From NCBI GenBank assembly GCA_041652755.1, contig JBAZGS010000006.1, positions 6,443-70,442 of the forward strand: 64,000 nucleotides of DNA, given 5' to 3'. The position numbers and the translations under genes were made by a program. The stretch is from Candidatus Nanoarchaeia archaeon (GTDB taxonomy: Archaea > Nanobdellota > Nanobdellia > Tiddalikarchaeales > Tiddalikarchaeaceae). Below, one piece after another: positions 28,848-38,950 of the stretch; the stretch's first letter is position 1; the number at the start of each line of letters is the position of its first letter. Below the pieces are notes generated by a model. That model had not been told where the DNA came from. It searched no databases and worked only from the letters and a program-made list of their open reading frames with translations.

Positions 28848-30823
28848 AGCTTTTAAGCCTTAAGCTAATAAATGTTAGAAGCCATAAAGAAAGCTTTGTT
28901 GAGTTCAAAAATGGTATAACTGTAATCTCCGGAAAAACTGGCAGCGGAAAAAGCACAATATTAATGAGCATTTATTACGCATTGTTCGGCTCAGCAGATT
29001 TGTCAAACAATGAAATAATGAGAAGGAATTCAAAAAAAATGCTAATAGAGCTTAAATTAACCCAAAACAATGAAGAATACACTATTATTAGGGGTCTTAA
29101 AAGGGCAAACGAATCAATAAGCATTGACAGCGATAATTTAAAAGTGCTTAAAAACAATGTCCAGCTCAATGTTTTAAGCAGAGCCAATGATATTAATTCA
29201 ATAATACGGGATGTTTTAGGCTTCCCTAATGATTCAAAGCCGAACCTGATGTTTCAAGTCCTAAGCTACACAAAGCAAGACAATATCAGAAACCTCATAG
29301 AAATGAGAAAGGAAGAGAGGCAGGAATTCATTGACAAAATTTTGCAGCTGTCAAAATACAAAAGCGTTTTTGAAAACTTGAAACCCCTAATTGACAATTA
29401 CTTATCAAAGCATGAATTAATACTTCAATTAAGCGAATTTATAGTTAATGAAAAAGATTCAATAAAAAAATTACAAGAAAATATTGAAGAATTGAACGAA
29501 AAAATACTTGACAATGAAAAAAAATTATCAGTAATCAATCCTGCAATTGAAAAAAAAACTGCTGAATATAAAAGCATGAATGAATTATTAAAGACTCTCA
29601 GGCAAAAAAATGAGCAGATAATCATCAATAATCAAAGAAGCGAGCATTTGAAAAAAAGCATTGAGAAAACAATCATTGAACAAAAAGAATTAGCTGGCAA
29701 AAAAAACGCGCTTACCCCTAAAATAATGCTTCATGTTGAAAGCATTGACAGCTTGGCTGAAAAATTAAGCAACGAATCATCAAAGCTTAAAATCATTGAA
29801 TACAAAATTTTGAGCCTGAAAAAAGACAATGAAGAAATCATGAAACTTCAAGCCTATTGCCCGACTTGCAGGCAAAAAATACCTGAAGAGCATAAAGCAA
29901 TACTAGGCAAGAAGAATAATGATGAAATCTTTGGGCTTGAAAATTCAAAAAAACCAATAATTGAATCAATAAATAAAACAAATGAATCAATTAAGAGTGC
30001 TAAAAAAAATGATGAGCTAAAAAAAGAAATAAGCACTATTGATTCAGCAATTAGTTTGCTAGAAAATCAAATAATTGCCCAAAAAAAAGAACTAAGCGAT
30101 TATAAAGAAGAGAATAATGCCTCATTAACAATTGAAATACAAAAATTAGAAAATGAATGCAGCACAATCATCTCAAAACTGAATGAATTGTCAAGCAAAA
30201 AAGCCGGAATAGCAAGCTCCAACAGTGAGCTAATGAACCAAATGCCAAGATTAAACAATGAATTAAAGCAGAAAAAAGAAAAAGTGGACGAATATGAACA
30301 AAAATCAGCAGAAAAAAATCACGTGAAACTCTGCCTTGATTTTTTGAACAAATTAAGGAATAACATAAAAGATATCAGGCAAATAATAAGAAGCAGTTTC
30401 CTTAATGATTTCAAGAACAGTTTCGCAAAAAAATTCGAAGAAATAAGGAACAATGATGACGAATACTATGTTGAAATAAACCAGGATTATGAGCCTGTTG
30501 CTTACTCTGCTGAAGGAACAGAGGTTCCCATTAACCATTTAAGCGGAGGAGAGAAAACAAGCGCTGCATTAGCTTACAGGCTGGCTTTAAGCGATTTAGC
30601 AGGCGAAATGAATAACTTGATGCCTTCTGAACTTTTAATACTTGATGAGCCAACAACAGGATTTGACAATGACGATGTCAAATCACTTCCAATTGCACTA
30701 TCCAGCCTCTCAAGCATTCCTCAAATAATAATAGTGACTCATGAAGCTTTGCTAAAAGAAATTGCTGACAATTCAATAGATGTAGTCAAAGAGAATGGGT
30801 TTTCAAAAATAACCTATTCATAA
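28844..30823 (+). CDS. rad50: Rad50 ATPase
   Basis: GKTGSGKS, zinc hook CPTC, LSGGE, LILDEPT, VTH. Confidence 0.95.
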   Translation: MKLLSLKLINVRSHKESFVEFKNGITVISGKTGSGKSTILMSIYYALFGSADLSNNEIMRRNSKKMLIELKLTQNNEEYTIIRGLKRANESISIDSDNLKVLKNNVQLNVLSRANDINSIIRDVLGFPNDSKPNLMFQVLSYTKQDNIRNLIEMRKEERQEFIDKILQLSKYKSVFENLKPLIDNYLSKHELILQLSEFIVNEKDSIKKLQENIEELNEKILDNEKKLSVINPAIEKKTAEYKSMNELLKTLRQKNEQIIINNQRSEHLKKSIEKTIIEQKELAGKKNALTPKIMLHVESIDSLAEKLSNESSKLKIIEYKILSLKKDNEEIMKLQAYCPTCRQKIPEEHKAILGKKNNDEIFGLENSKKPIIESINKTNESIKSAKKNDELKKEISTIDSAISLLENQIIAQKKELSDYKEENNASLTIEIQKLENECSTIISKLNELSSKKAGIASSNSELMNQMPRLNNELKQKKEKVDEYEQKSAEKNHVKLCLDFLNKLRNNIKDIRQIIRSSFLNDFKNSFAKKFEEIRNNDDEYYVEINQDYEPVAYSAEGTEVPINHLSGGEKTSAALAYRLALSDLAGEMNNLMPSELLILDEPTTGFDNDDVKSLPIALSSLSSIPQIIIVTHEALLKEIADNSIDVVKENGFSKITYS

Positions 30824-31332
30824 AAGCTTTTGCCGCAAGAATTAGGCTTAATCCTTTTCTTAGAACCTTTAATTTCATGGCTTAATTCTTTGCCCCCAGC
30901 CAATCTGTCAAGAACTATTGCCAAAGCTGCAACTTCACTATGAGGCTGAGAGGTAACGCTAATATTGTAGTCTGCCATTTCGTATACATCCCTAGGGACT
31001 TTCTCTCCACCAACAACAATCAATAAATCCTTCTCTAATTTCACTTTATTTATTTGCTCGCTAAGCAACAACCCGTACATTGTAAGATGAACAATCTTAA
31101 AACCCTTTGATTTAAAATCATTAATCACTTTCCTATAATCCTTAAAATACTCTGCCTTAAACTCTCCTCCCCAAGATTTAGTGACATTGTTGACTGAATT
31201 AATCAACACTTCATCATGCTCTCCTGAATAAACTATCTTATCAGCCAAAAAAGCCCTAGAAACCAAACCAATATGCGTTGAAATCCTCTTATCCCTCTCC
31301 CTTCTATGGTTAAGCCTTAAAACAACAATCAT
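30814..31332 (-). CDS. trm56: tRNA (cytidine56-2'-O)-methyltransferase aTrm56
   Basis: RLNHRRERDKRISTH, HLTMYG, GGEKVP, QPHSEVAALA. Confidence 0.96.
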   Translation of the reverse strand: MIVVLRLNHRRERDKRISTHIGLVSRAFLADKIVYSGEHDEVLINSVNNVTKSWGGEFKAEYFKDYRKVINDFKSKGFKIVHLTMYGLLLSEQINKVKLEKDLLIVVGGEKVPRDVYEMADYNISVTSQPHSEVAALAIVLDRLAGGKELSHEIKGSKKRIKPNSCGKSFYE

Positions 31333-32003
31333 TGCTCAAACATCTCTTTAATATCCGAAAAAGGAACATAACCTGAAAAAGTCTTTCCATTAATAACCAA
31401 TGAAGGATACTCAGTGATATTATAAGAATATTTTAAAATATTAACTGAATCAAGATCTAGCGTTGAATCTATTGAATAAATAAGAGCGTTTAATCCGTAC
31501 AAATCTTTTATTGTTGAAAGAACAACTGCTTGTTCATTGCATTTCGGGCAATCCTCCTTGTAAGTATAAAAATAAAGAATTGTTGAATAGCTAAGATTGC
31601 ACAAATCCTTGGCATTGTTTACATTAATCCAATTATTAATCAATGAATTAACATAGCTTCGTTTTAGCGCATAATAATCCTCATTCAAAACCCCATTATT
31701 GTTCTCGTAGGTTCCAACTTTTAAGCCTAATTCATAGGCTTTTTCATTAATAGAACTAACCCTTAAATTCATGTAATCACAGCTTATCTTGTCATTCAAA
31801 TAATTCATCAATGCAATCTCAACCTGGTTCTTTTCAACAGAATCCTTAATTGAATTCAAATCAGCGCTTAAATCTTTCTGCTTGAAGTCATTTATTAAAA
31901 AGCCTATGCTGAATCCTGATAAAAATACAACGCTTGCTAAAAAAAACGAAATTATCACATAAAATCTGAAGCTATTTTTTGGTTTAACCATTCCATTTAT
32001 CAC
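31329..32003 (-). CDS. Membrane-anchored thioredoxin-fold protein
   Basis: N-terminal TM, coiled region, YFY..CPKC, YNITEYPSLVING. Confidence 0.8.
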   Translation of the reverse strand: MINGMVKPKNSFRFYVIISFFLASVVFLSGFSIGFLINDFKQKDLSADLNSIKDSVEKNQVEIALMNYLNDKISCDYMNLRVSSINEKAYELGLKVGTYENNNGVLNEDYYALKRSYVNSLINNWINVNNAKDLCNLSYSTILYFYTYKEDCPKCNEQAVVLSTIKDLYGLNALIYSIDSTLDLDSVNILKYSYNITEYPSLVINGKTFSGYVPFSDIKEMFEQ

Positions 32004-33228
32004 CCTTCTTTCTTATAAAAAATTTGTGAAAAAAACCACTTATCCAAAATATTGAAAGGAAAAAAGAATACACAAGCAAATAGCAAGAATAAAGCAAGAA
32101 ATTTTTTTTAATCTCAATTTTTTCATCGCATGATTTAAGGCTTATGTAAACAAGCAATGATGAAAATACTGTAATTAAAATAAAAATTATTAAGTCAAAA
32201 TTTATTCCATAAAGAAAATAAAAAAATTTTACGTCAGGAAAAATGAATGTGAAATCAATTGCCCTCAAAAAATTAAGGCTCTTTAAAGAATTCAAAACAA
32301 ACTTTAAAATTGAATAAAAAAACAAGACAAGAACTGATAAAATTGAAAAAACATTGAATGACAAAAGTGCACTTAAAACTCCTTTCTTGACATTAAACAA
32401 CAAATGCTTATATTTTATTGAATCCTCAAAATAGCCGCTGTACCATCTTTTTCTCTGGTTCAATAATTCATTCAAAACAAAAGGTGTTGAAGTATAAACA
32501 ACACTGTTTAAGCTATTTTCAATAATGTATCCATGGCTTTGGATATTGAAAGCAATTTCCATATCTTCAGTTAACGTTTCCTCATTAAAGCCTCCGATTT
32601 CTTCAATAACACTTTTTCTATAAATGCTTCCAGGCCCAGGAGTTACATACATTGAATTAAACATGCTTTGAACCTTTCTGAAAAGAATTGACAAAGAATA
32701 TTCCACCCATTGCATTTTTTCAAAAAAACTTAGTTTTTTTTTAACTTTCATGCTGCTTGAAACAGCAGCAATTTTAGGATCATCAAAGTATCCAATTAAG
32801 CTATTGAAGCTGTTTTTTTCAGCATAAGAATCAGCATCAATAATATAAATTAATTCATTTTTAGCTTTGCTTATTCCCAAATTAACAGCATTTGCTTTTC
32901 CGCCGTTTGTCTTATTGATTAACTTAATTATCCCTTTTTTTTCCAATTTTTGGCAAATTTTTTTAGTATTATCCTTACTACCATCATTTACAACAATTAT
33001 TTCAAACAATTCTTTTGGATAATCCTGCAAGTAAACGCTCATTACTGTTTTCTCAATAGACTCCTCCTCATTAAATGCAGGTATGATTGCTGAAATTGAA
33101 TACTTCTTCTTTGCTTTAGGGTCAATCCATAGCCTATCATAGTTATCAACGAATATTACAACGCAAATAATGCTAAAAAAAAGCATTGAAAATGAGAATA
33201 TCATTATAAAAACAAGCATTAATTCCAT
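31984..33228 (-). CDS. Processive GT2 glycosyltransferase (PgaC/cellulose-synthase-like)
   Basis: PAFNEE, NDGSKD, GGKA, DAD, TED, QRKRW, C-terminal TMs. Confidence 0.93.
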   Translation of the reverse strand: MELMLVFIMIFSFSMLFFSIICVVIFVDNYDRLWIDPKAKKKYSISAIIPAFNEEESIEKTVMSVYLQDYPKELFEIIVVNDGSKDNTKKICQKLEKKGIIKLINKTNGGKANAVNLGISKAKNELIYIIDADSYAEKNSFNSLIGYFDDPKIAAVSSSMKVKKKLSFFEKMQWVEYSLSILFRKVQSMFNSMYVTPGPGSIYRKSVIEEIGGFNEETLTEDMEIAFNIQSHGYIIENSLNSVVYTSTPFVLNELLNQRKRWYSGYFEDSIKYKHLLFNVKKGVLSALLSFNVFSILSVLVLFFYSILKFVLNSLKSLNFLRAIDFTFIFPDVKFFYFLYGINFDLIIFILITVFSSLLVYISLKSCDEKIEIKKNFLLYSCYLLVYSFFLSIFWISGFFHKFFIRKKGDKWNG

Positions 33229-33273
33229 TATTTAAAGTAATTAATATTAACTATAAAAAACTATTGAAACTCT

Positions 33274-34497
33274 TTAAATCCTGTAAATATTAATAATCTC
33301 GCAAGAATCATTATTAATCACTTTCACTAATTCATAGCTAGAATAGTCACTGTTAAAGCATGGATTAAAGCTTGAGACAACAATATAAGAAGCATTAGAA
33401 TCAGCCACCCTTTGGCCAATATTGCAAGGCTCAGAGATTGCAATGCTAGAAAGATTAGAATAATAAGAAACTGTTGGCCAAAAATTCGACAAAATCAAAA
33501 CATCACTTTTTTCTTCGAAAAATCTTGACAACTCAACCAAATTATCGTTAACTGAGCAAATGATTTCATAAAAAAACATTGAATAATATAGTGAAAAAGT
33601 GAAAAACACTAATATTAGTAATATAAAAACTAAATCAAACTTCATTAGTTTAGAAAAAAACATTGCAGCAAAAGGAAGCAATGGAATCAAATACCTTGGC
33701 TCCTTATGGGTCATTAATTGCAAAGTCAAAAATATAACAAGTAAAGGAACTAAAAAAAACAAGTCTTTTTTGTTATATTTATAATTTTTTACAAACAATA
33801 AAAATAAAATACTTATACCTAAAATTGTAAAAATGTTTATAAAATAATAAAAAAATCCTGAATTGTTAGAAACATAACTTAATGCCAAAAAGAATGTCTC
33901 AAATCCAATATGATTGCCCCATAAAAAAATGGGGATGAAAAAAACAATTAATCCAATTAGCATTTTTGCATAATCTTTTTTCTTTGAAAAAAATAAATAC
34001 AACAAAGAAACTATTAAAACACTAATCCCTAAAGGGTACCTTGTTAAAAATGCAAGGCTTGAAAACAAATAACTTAAATAAAAAAACAAATCATTTTTTT
34101 TATAAATGTAATTTTTTATGAAAAATATTGCAAAAATCACAAAAGATGAGCTTAAAATTTCAGTCATCAATTTTTCAGAATACATCAAAAATATTGGAAA
34201 ACAAAACATTATAATCAGCACTTTAAAGTCCTTTGAAAGCAAATAAAGGCTTAATAAAAAAAAACTTAAAATAAAAAGCGGAACAGTTGAAAATATTAAA
34301 CTGTCTATTTTAAAAGTATAAAAAATTGAAACAATTAATGGCAATATTGGAGGCCTTATGTTTTCAAAATAAATCTTTTCACCACTGAAATACTTCGCAT
34401 TCATCAAATAAACATGCTCATCCCATTCAGTATTAGGCTTGACAAAAATAAGGCTAGAAAAAACTATTAATATTAGCAATATTATTTCTTTTTTCAT
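33274..34497 (-). CDS. GT-C fold membrane glycosyltransferase (PMT/ArnT-like)
   Basis: WDE..Y, RPP, many TMs, HKEPRYLIP; start moved to MKKE. Confidence 0.85.
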   Translation of the reverse strand: MKKEIILLILIVFSSLIFVKPNTEWDEHVYLMNAKYFSGEKIYFENIRPPILPLIVSIFYTFKIDSLIFSTVPLFILSFFLLSLYLLSKDFKVLIIMFCFPIFLMYSEKLMTEILSSSFVIFAIFFIKNYIYKKNDLFFYLSYLFSSLAFLTRYPLGISVLIVSLLYLFFSKKKDYAKMLIGLIVFFIPIFLWGNHIGFETFFLALSYVSNNSGFFYYFINIFTILGISILFLLFVKNYKYNKKDLFFLVPLLVIFLTLQLMTHKEPRYLIPLLPFAAMFFSKLMKFDLVFILLILVFFTFSLYYSMFFYEIICSVNDNLVELSRFFEEKSDVLILSNFWPTVSYYSNLSSIAISEPCNIGQRVADSNASYIVVSSFNPCFNSDYSSYELVKVINNDSCEIINIYRI

Positions 34498-35636
34498 CCA
34501 ACCAGCTCCCTTAAAACCATTGTTGCATAAGAGCTTTTCTCCAAGCAAAAACTCACTGTGTAATAATCTTTTTTCACATCAATTATTTTAAAGTTCTTAG
34601 GAAAAATCAATGTCTTTCTCATAGCTCCTCTTGAGCTTATCTCAGGATAGCTCCTAACCTTAAAATCTGACAAAGTAATATTCTCTTTTTCTAAAATTTT
34701 TTCATAAACAGCTGCACCCATGCTTTTCAAATCAGATTCGTGCCCTGGCAAAACCAGCTCAAAATCAGAGATTAAGCCTTTTTTGTACAGTTCAGACAAA
34801 GCAAGATTAAACAGATATGATTGATAGGAATAAACCAAAATTTTTGCAATATTTTTAGGCAGCCTCCTGATAGAATTCACGTAATCATTGGAGTATTTCA
34901 CCAAATGATTCAACACCATTCTTTCAATTGTTAAATATTTCGGGAAAATTTCTAGCGCCCCTTTCCAATCCTTCCAATTATCCCACAGATACTGCCTGGC
35001 TTTCTTGCTCTCCTCACCTTCCTGCTCATAAGCTTTTGCAAGCAACTCCTTCAAAGCTTCCTCATAATTCTCCCTTAAAATACTCTTTCCAATAAAATGA
35101 TTGTTAGGCCTTTGTATTCCGAACCTTTGCTCTCCGAAAAAATTCAAAATACCTCCATCTAATAATTCTTTGAATTCTTTCAAGGATTTCTTCACGTTTT
35201 TGCACTCATAATTCCTGACAGTAACTATGAATTCATTGCCAACTAAATCCCCTAACCTTAAAGGCTCATCGCTTGTGAAAAAATCCTTTAACTCAATGTC
35301 TTTAATCTTAATATTTTTCAATACTTCTTCGCTGACTCCTTTAACACTGACTAATTGCTCAGTAATGGCGCTTCTGTCTTTTGTTCCTGCAAAAGTGAAT
35401 CTTTTCCAGCTAGTATGGCAATATTTAGCAATCTTATTAATAGCATCCATTGTTGTCCAATTGCTTTTTTTTAAAATAAAATAAGTGTAAGCTCCTGGCT
35501 TTTTTTCAGGCTTTTTCATAACTTCTTTAACCATGAAGTCTTCAAATTTTTCCTTAATGTAACCTTTTGTAGGATTATTGAATTGCTTAGCATTTATGCC
35601 AAAATCCTCAAAATTAACCTTGAAATCCTTATACAT
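34494..35636 (-). CDS. truD: tRNA pseudouridine(13) synthase TruD
   Basis: EDFMVKE, AGTKDRSAITEQ, LRLGDLVGNEF, NFFGEQRFG, SYATMVLRE. Confidence 0.97.
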   Translation of the reverse strand: MYKDFKVNFEDFGINAKQFNNPTKGYIKEKFEDFMVKEVMKKPEKKPGAYTYFILKKSNWTTMDAINKIAKYCHTSWKRFTFAGTKDRSAITEQLVSVKGVSEEVLKNIKIKDIELKDFFTSDEPLRLGDLVGNEFIVTVRNYECKNVKKSLKEFKELLDGGILNFFGEQRFGIQRPNNHFIGKSILRENYEEALKELLAKAYEQEGEESKKARQYLWDNWKDWKGALEIFPKYLTIERMVLNHLVKYSNDYVNSIRRLPKNIAKILVYSYQSYLFNLALSELYKKGLISDFELVLPGHESDLKSMGAAVYEKILEKENITLSDFKVRSYPEISSRGAMRKTLIFPKNFKIIDVKKDYYTVSFCLEKSSYATMVLRELVG

Positions 35637-35638
35637 GA

Positions 35639-36019
35639 TTATTTAATCGCGCTGAAAAGCGGCCTGAAATCATCAGTGATTAAAGTGCCATTCAAGTCAT
35701 ATAACATGCAAGAGCAAATGCAAATAGATGCTAACTTATCCATAGTGTAATGATTCTCATAAAAGCATTTGCAATCAGTTGCATTATACTCAGTCATTTG
35801 CAAAACCACTTCATCATTAATATAATCCTGCCAAGTAGTATTGCAGTAAATATTCCTCTCATTAACAGTTTCTGCCCATTTCTTCAGCCTATAATTATCT
35901 ATCAACAAATAAAACCCATAAGAAGCCAGCAAAACAAGAAATAAAACAATAACTACCTTAACCAAAGTCCTTAAAGCTTTCTTGCTTACCCTGATAGTAT
36001 TCTTTTTCTTCTTAACCAT
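35639..36019 (-). CDS. Single-TM protein with six-Cys extracellular domain
   Basis: Basic N-terminus, TM, then C..CKC..CICSC and NxT sequons. Confidence 0.7.
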   Translation of the reverse strand: MVKKKKNTIRVSKKALRTLVKVVIVLFLVLLASYGFYLLIDNYRLKKWAETVNERNIYCNTTWQDYINDEVVLQMTEYNATDCKCFYENHYTMDKLASICICSCMLYDLNGTLITDDFRPLFSAIK

Positions 36020-36081
36020 AACAAATAAAATAAATGTTAAGGGTTTTTTAAAGGTTTATTATAAATAGCAAGACTATTTTT

Positions 36082-36576
36082 TTAATTAAATTGCCCTGAA
36101 AACTCAGCTGATTCCACCAATTTCCTTGCCTTTTTAAAATAAGGTTCATATTCTTTATTAGGAGCTAAATTAAGCCATTTAGAGATTAAAAATAACCTAA
36201 TTAATGAATGCCAATCTTCTTTAAGTTTATTTTTTTTGAAATATTTTTCATTTAATTTAATAGAGATGTTTTTATCAATATCTAAAAAAGTTAAAGATTC
36301 CAGTTTTTGTAGTAATTCTTCAAAAGTTTTTGCTTCTTTTACTTTTGCATAGATTTTATAGAGAGTATTTATTATTGAAAAGAATTCATGATACCTGTAT
36401 CTTTGTGTTGAGCCTTCTTTTTTTGTATAATATTTATAGCTGAATTTTGGCATGCCTTTATTTTTATCTTCATTTAAATAATATTCAGAGGTTTTTTTGA
36501 AAAGCTCTAAATTATTTTCCAGATAAATTATTTTATACCATTCTAGATACATTTCTTTTGTTGGAAATCTGTGCAT
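36082..36576 (-). CDS. Hypothetical cytoplasmic protein, candidate immunity protein
   Basis: 164 aa, Lys/Tyr/Phe-rich, no signal peptide; start overlaps upstream stop (TAATG). Confidence 0.65.
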   Translation of the reverse strand: MHRFPTKEMYLEWYKIIYLENNLELFKKTSEYYLNEDKNKGMPKFSYKYYTKKEGSTQRYRYHEFFSIINTLYKIYAKVKEAKTFEELLQKLESLTFLDIDKNISIKLNEKYFKKNKLKEDWHSLIRLFLISKWLNLAPNKEYEPYFKKARKLVESAEFSGQFN

Positions 36577-38879
36577 TATCTTTCACTCCTCATTAAGTAT
36601 TCCTGCATGTTCCATTCTGATTCAAATCCATTAAGTTTACTTTGAACATAATTATCTTCAATAGAATATTTCTTAGATGCTAATAGTTCTTTAATGTTGT
36701 CTAAAACATATTCTGAAGCTTGGAATTTTTCAGCCAAGAAATAATCATAAATTAATTTATCAACATCATCAATTGTTGTGTCTAAAATATAAGAATAATC
36801 TAGTTCTAATTCGTTCACAGCCATTATTTTATAATTATTTCCATAAATTTTGTAAGAAATTGCATCAGCTCTTGCCTCCCAATCAAAATTATAGTTTAAG
36901 CTAGTTCCTTCATTAAAGATTTTCTCGCTTATGTAATGCCCTATTTCATGCATTAAGTCACTTTCTCCATTTTTAAAGTTCCATTCAATGCTATTATCCC
37001 CAAAATTACTATCACTTAAAGTTAGTGAAAGCGAAGGTGTTATTGCATCAAGATTTAGAGTGTTAAGATAATTATTTGCCATTTTAAGATTAAGCTCATA
37101 AACGGATTCATAACCCCCGTTTATTATATTTAATAATTCCTCGTTTGTATAAAGCTGCGGATAATAAGTTAACCCTATAGACAAGCTTTCTAATAATTGC
37201 CTGTTGTTTAAGGCTTTGATAGGGTCTAAGGCGATCTCGCCATTTGCGTTAACAATTACTCCTTCGCCTAAATTGATTAAATTCAAAGAATTTGACAAAT
37301 ATTTTAATTGACTAAAATAGTTCTGAGTGTTTTGTTTTGCCTGCTGGGCTGAGCCATAAAACATTCCGACCAAGCTTATAAAATTGAATAAGAAATTTGT
37401 CCATAAGGCAAAATTATTGGGTTTTTGCTCTTCATATTCTTTGTTAGGATCAAAAGTTCCCTGAACTCTTTGTATATTGCTCCAATAATAAGAATCTAAT
37501 TTATTCATGGAATCATAATTGTTTGTAACTATTAATGAAGGAGTAAACGAATACGTTCTTCCTTGTACTGTAAAATCAGCAACTCTTTCTTGAAGCGAAC
37601 CTGAATTATTTTCATTCACAGAATCTAAATAAGTCAATTTTAGCTCATCCGGACTTCCTGCTCCAACTAAATTCCCATTTTTGTCAAAAATCATTGTATA
37701 CATTAATTCTTTATTGTTTCCGAATTTTTTTGACAAATAACCAGCATTTTCATCATTGTATTTGTACTGAACTATTGTTAGCTCTTTATTTGTTTTAAAA
37801 AGTTCTTCATTTGGTTTTATAAATAAATCAAAATCTATGCCATAGGGGTTAGAATAACTAATTTGTTTATTTCTTTTAGAGTCAATATAATTCCTTATCC
37901 TGTTTGCTTGAGATACTGTGACTGCAAAACCTATTGCTCCAACTGTGAGCATTAAATTTTTTATTATTTCATCATTGCTTAATCCTTTATTAATTAATTC
38001 TATTATTTTATTGTTATAATTTCCTGCTTCTATATTATTTGTGAATTCTTCCCCTCCAGGTATGAAGGGGTTTAAAGAGTCCATTTCTCCATTAATGTTT
38101 GTTATTACAGTGATTCCTATTGTTTTAGTGATTGCTGTTCTGTCATCTTTTAATTTTAACAGTACTGTTTGAGTTCCAGTGCTTACTGGAGTTATTTCAA
38201 AAGTGTTAAGTCCACAGTTAGCTGTTCCTTCAATGTTAGTGTTTTTTAGGTATAGTTCATAAGTTATTGCTCCTGTGCATTCGCTGATGCTGAATGCTGC
38301 AAGTATTGGCTGTCCTGTTTTTCCTGTGCTTGAAGAGATATTGTAAGTGTTTAGTTTCATTTCTGTGCAATCATAAGGAACTTGCTTATCATCCCAGGTA
38401 ATGCATTTATCATAATCAGTCACTGTATCACACACTGTTCTTGTATCATAGCAGGTTGTATAATACCATCCTGTTTGAGTTTCATAATATGAGCAGTCAT
38501 AAGAAGGGGGGCAGGTTAAAGTATCCCTGCATACCATTTCTTCTCTCCATCCACAATTGTAAGGTATGTAGTCATAACATGCGTATCTGCTGAAATAATC
38601 ACAAGGAACTTCAATTAATTCATAATCACATTTGTATACATATTCAAAATTACATGTTTGAGTATAATGACAGCTTGGGGTGCATGTTTGAGGCACATAA
38701 ACACTATGAGGGCCATAAACCCTGCATGAGTGCGGATTGTAGTTTTCGTTTCTGCAATTAAATTCTATTGTGCCATATTGTGAGCAGTAAGATTCTGTTC
38801 TATAGCAAGTTGTTGAAAAAGAAACTGGAATTAATGATAATGTAAAGAATAATATAATTAACTTGGCAGTTAATTGCAT
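36576..38879 (-). CDS. Secreted Cys-rich multidomain protein with C-terminal HEXXH metallopeptidase-like domain
   Basis: Signal peptide, 18 Cys in aa 25-171, Ig/PKD-like beta segment, two hydrophobic helices, MHEIGH..WEARADAIS. Confidence 0.8.
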   Translation of the reverse strand: MQLTAKLIILFFTLSLIPVSFSTTCYRTESYCSQYGTIEFNCRNENYNPHSCRVYGPHSVYVPQTCTPSCHYTQTCNFEYVYKCDYELIEVPCDYFSRYACYDYIPYNCGWREEMVCRDTLTCPPSYDCSYYETQTGWYYTTCYDTRTVCDTVTDYDKCITWDDKQVPYDCTEMKLNTYNISSSTGKTGQPILAAFSISECTGAITYELYLKNTNIEGTANCGLNTFEITPVSTGTQTVLLKLKDDRTAITKTIGITVITNINGEMDSLNPFIPGGEEFTNNIEAGNYNNKIIELINKGLSNDEIIKNLMLTVGAIGFAVTVSQANRIRNYIDSKRNKQISYSNPYGIDFDLFIKPNEELFKTNKELTIVQYKYNDENAGYLSKKFGNNKELMYTMIFDKNGNLVGAGSPDELKLTYLDSVNENNSGSLQERVADFTVQGRTYSFTPSLIVTNNYDSMNKLDSYYWSNIQRVQGTFDPNKEYEEQKPNNFALWTNFLFNFISLVGMFYGSAQQAKQNTQNYFSQLKYLSNSLNLINLGEGVIVNANGEIALDPIKALNNRQLLESLSIGLTYYPQLYTNEELLNIINGGYESVYELNLKMANNYLNTLNLDAITPSLSLTLSDSNFGDNSIEWNFKNGESDLMHEIGHYISEKIFNEGTSLNYNFDWEARADAISYKIYGNNYKIMAVNELELDYSYILDTTIDDVDKLIYDYFLAEKFQASEYVLDNIKELLASKKYSIEDNYVQSKLNGFESEWNMQEYLMRSER

Positions 38880-38950
38880 AAATAACTTATAAGCTCTTTA
38901 GATATAAATATTTTTATTGATTGATTTTTAGGTTAAAAAAAAATTTAATA

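Noticed and set aside
24778..30823. HerA/nuclease cluster as an anti-phage defence system
   Set aside because: Gene set matches the housekeeping archaeal NurA-HerA-Mre11-Rad50 resection machinery
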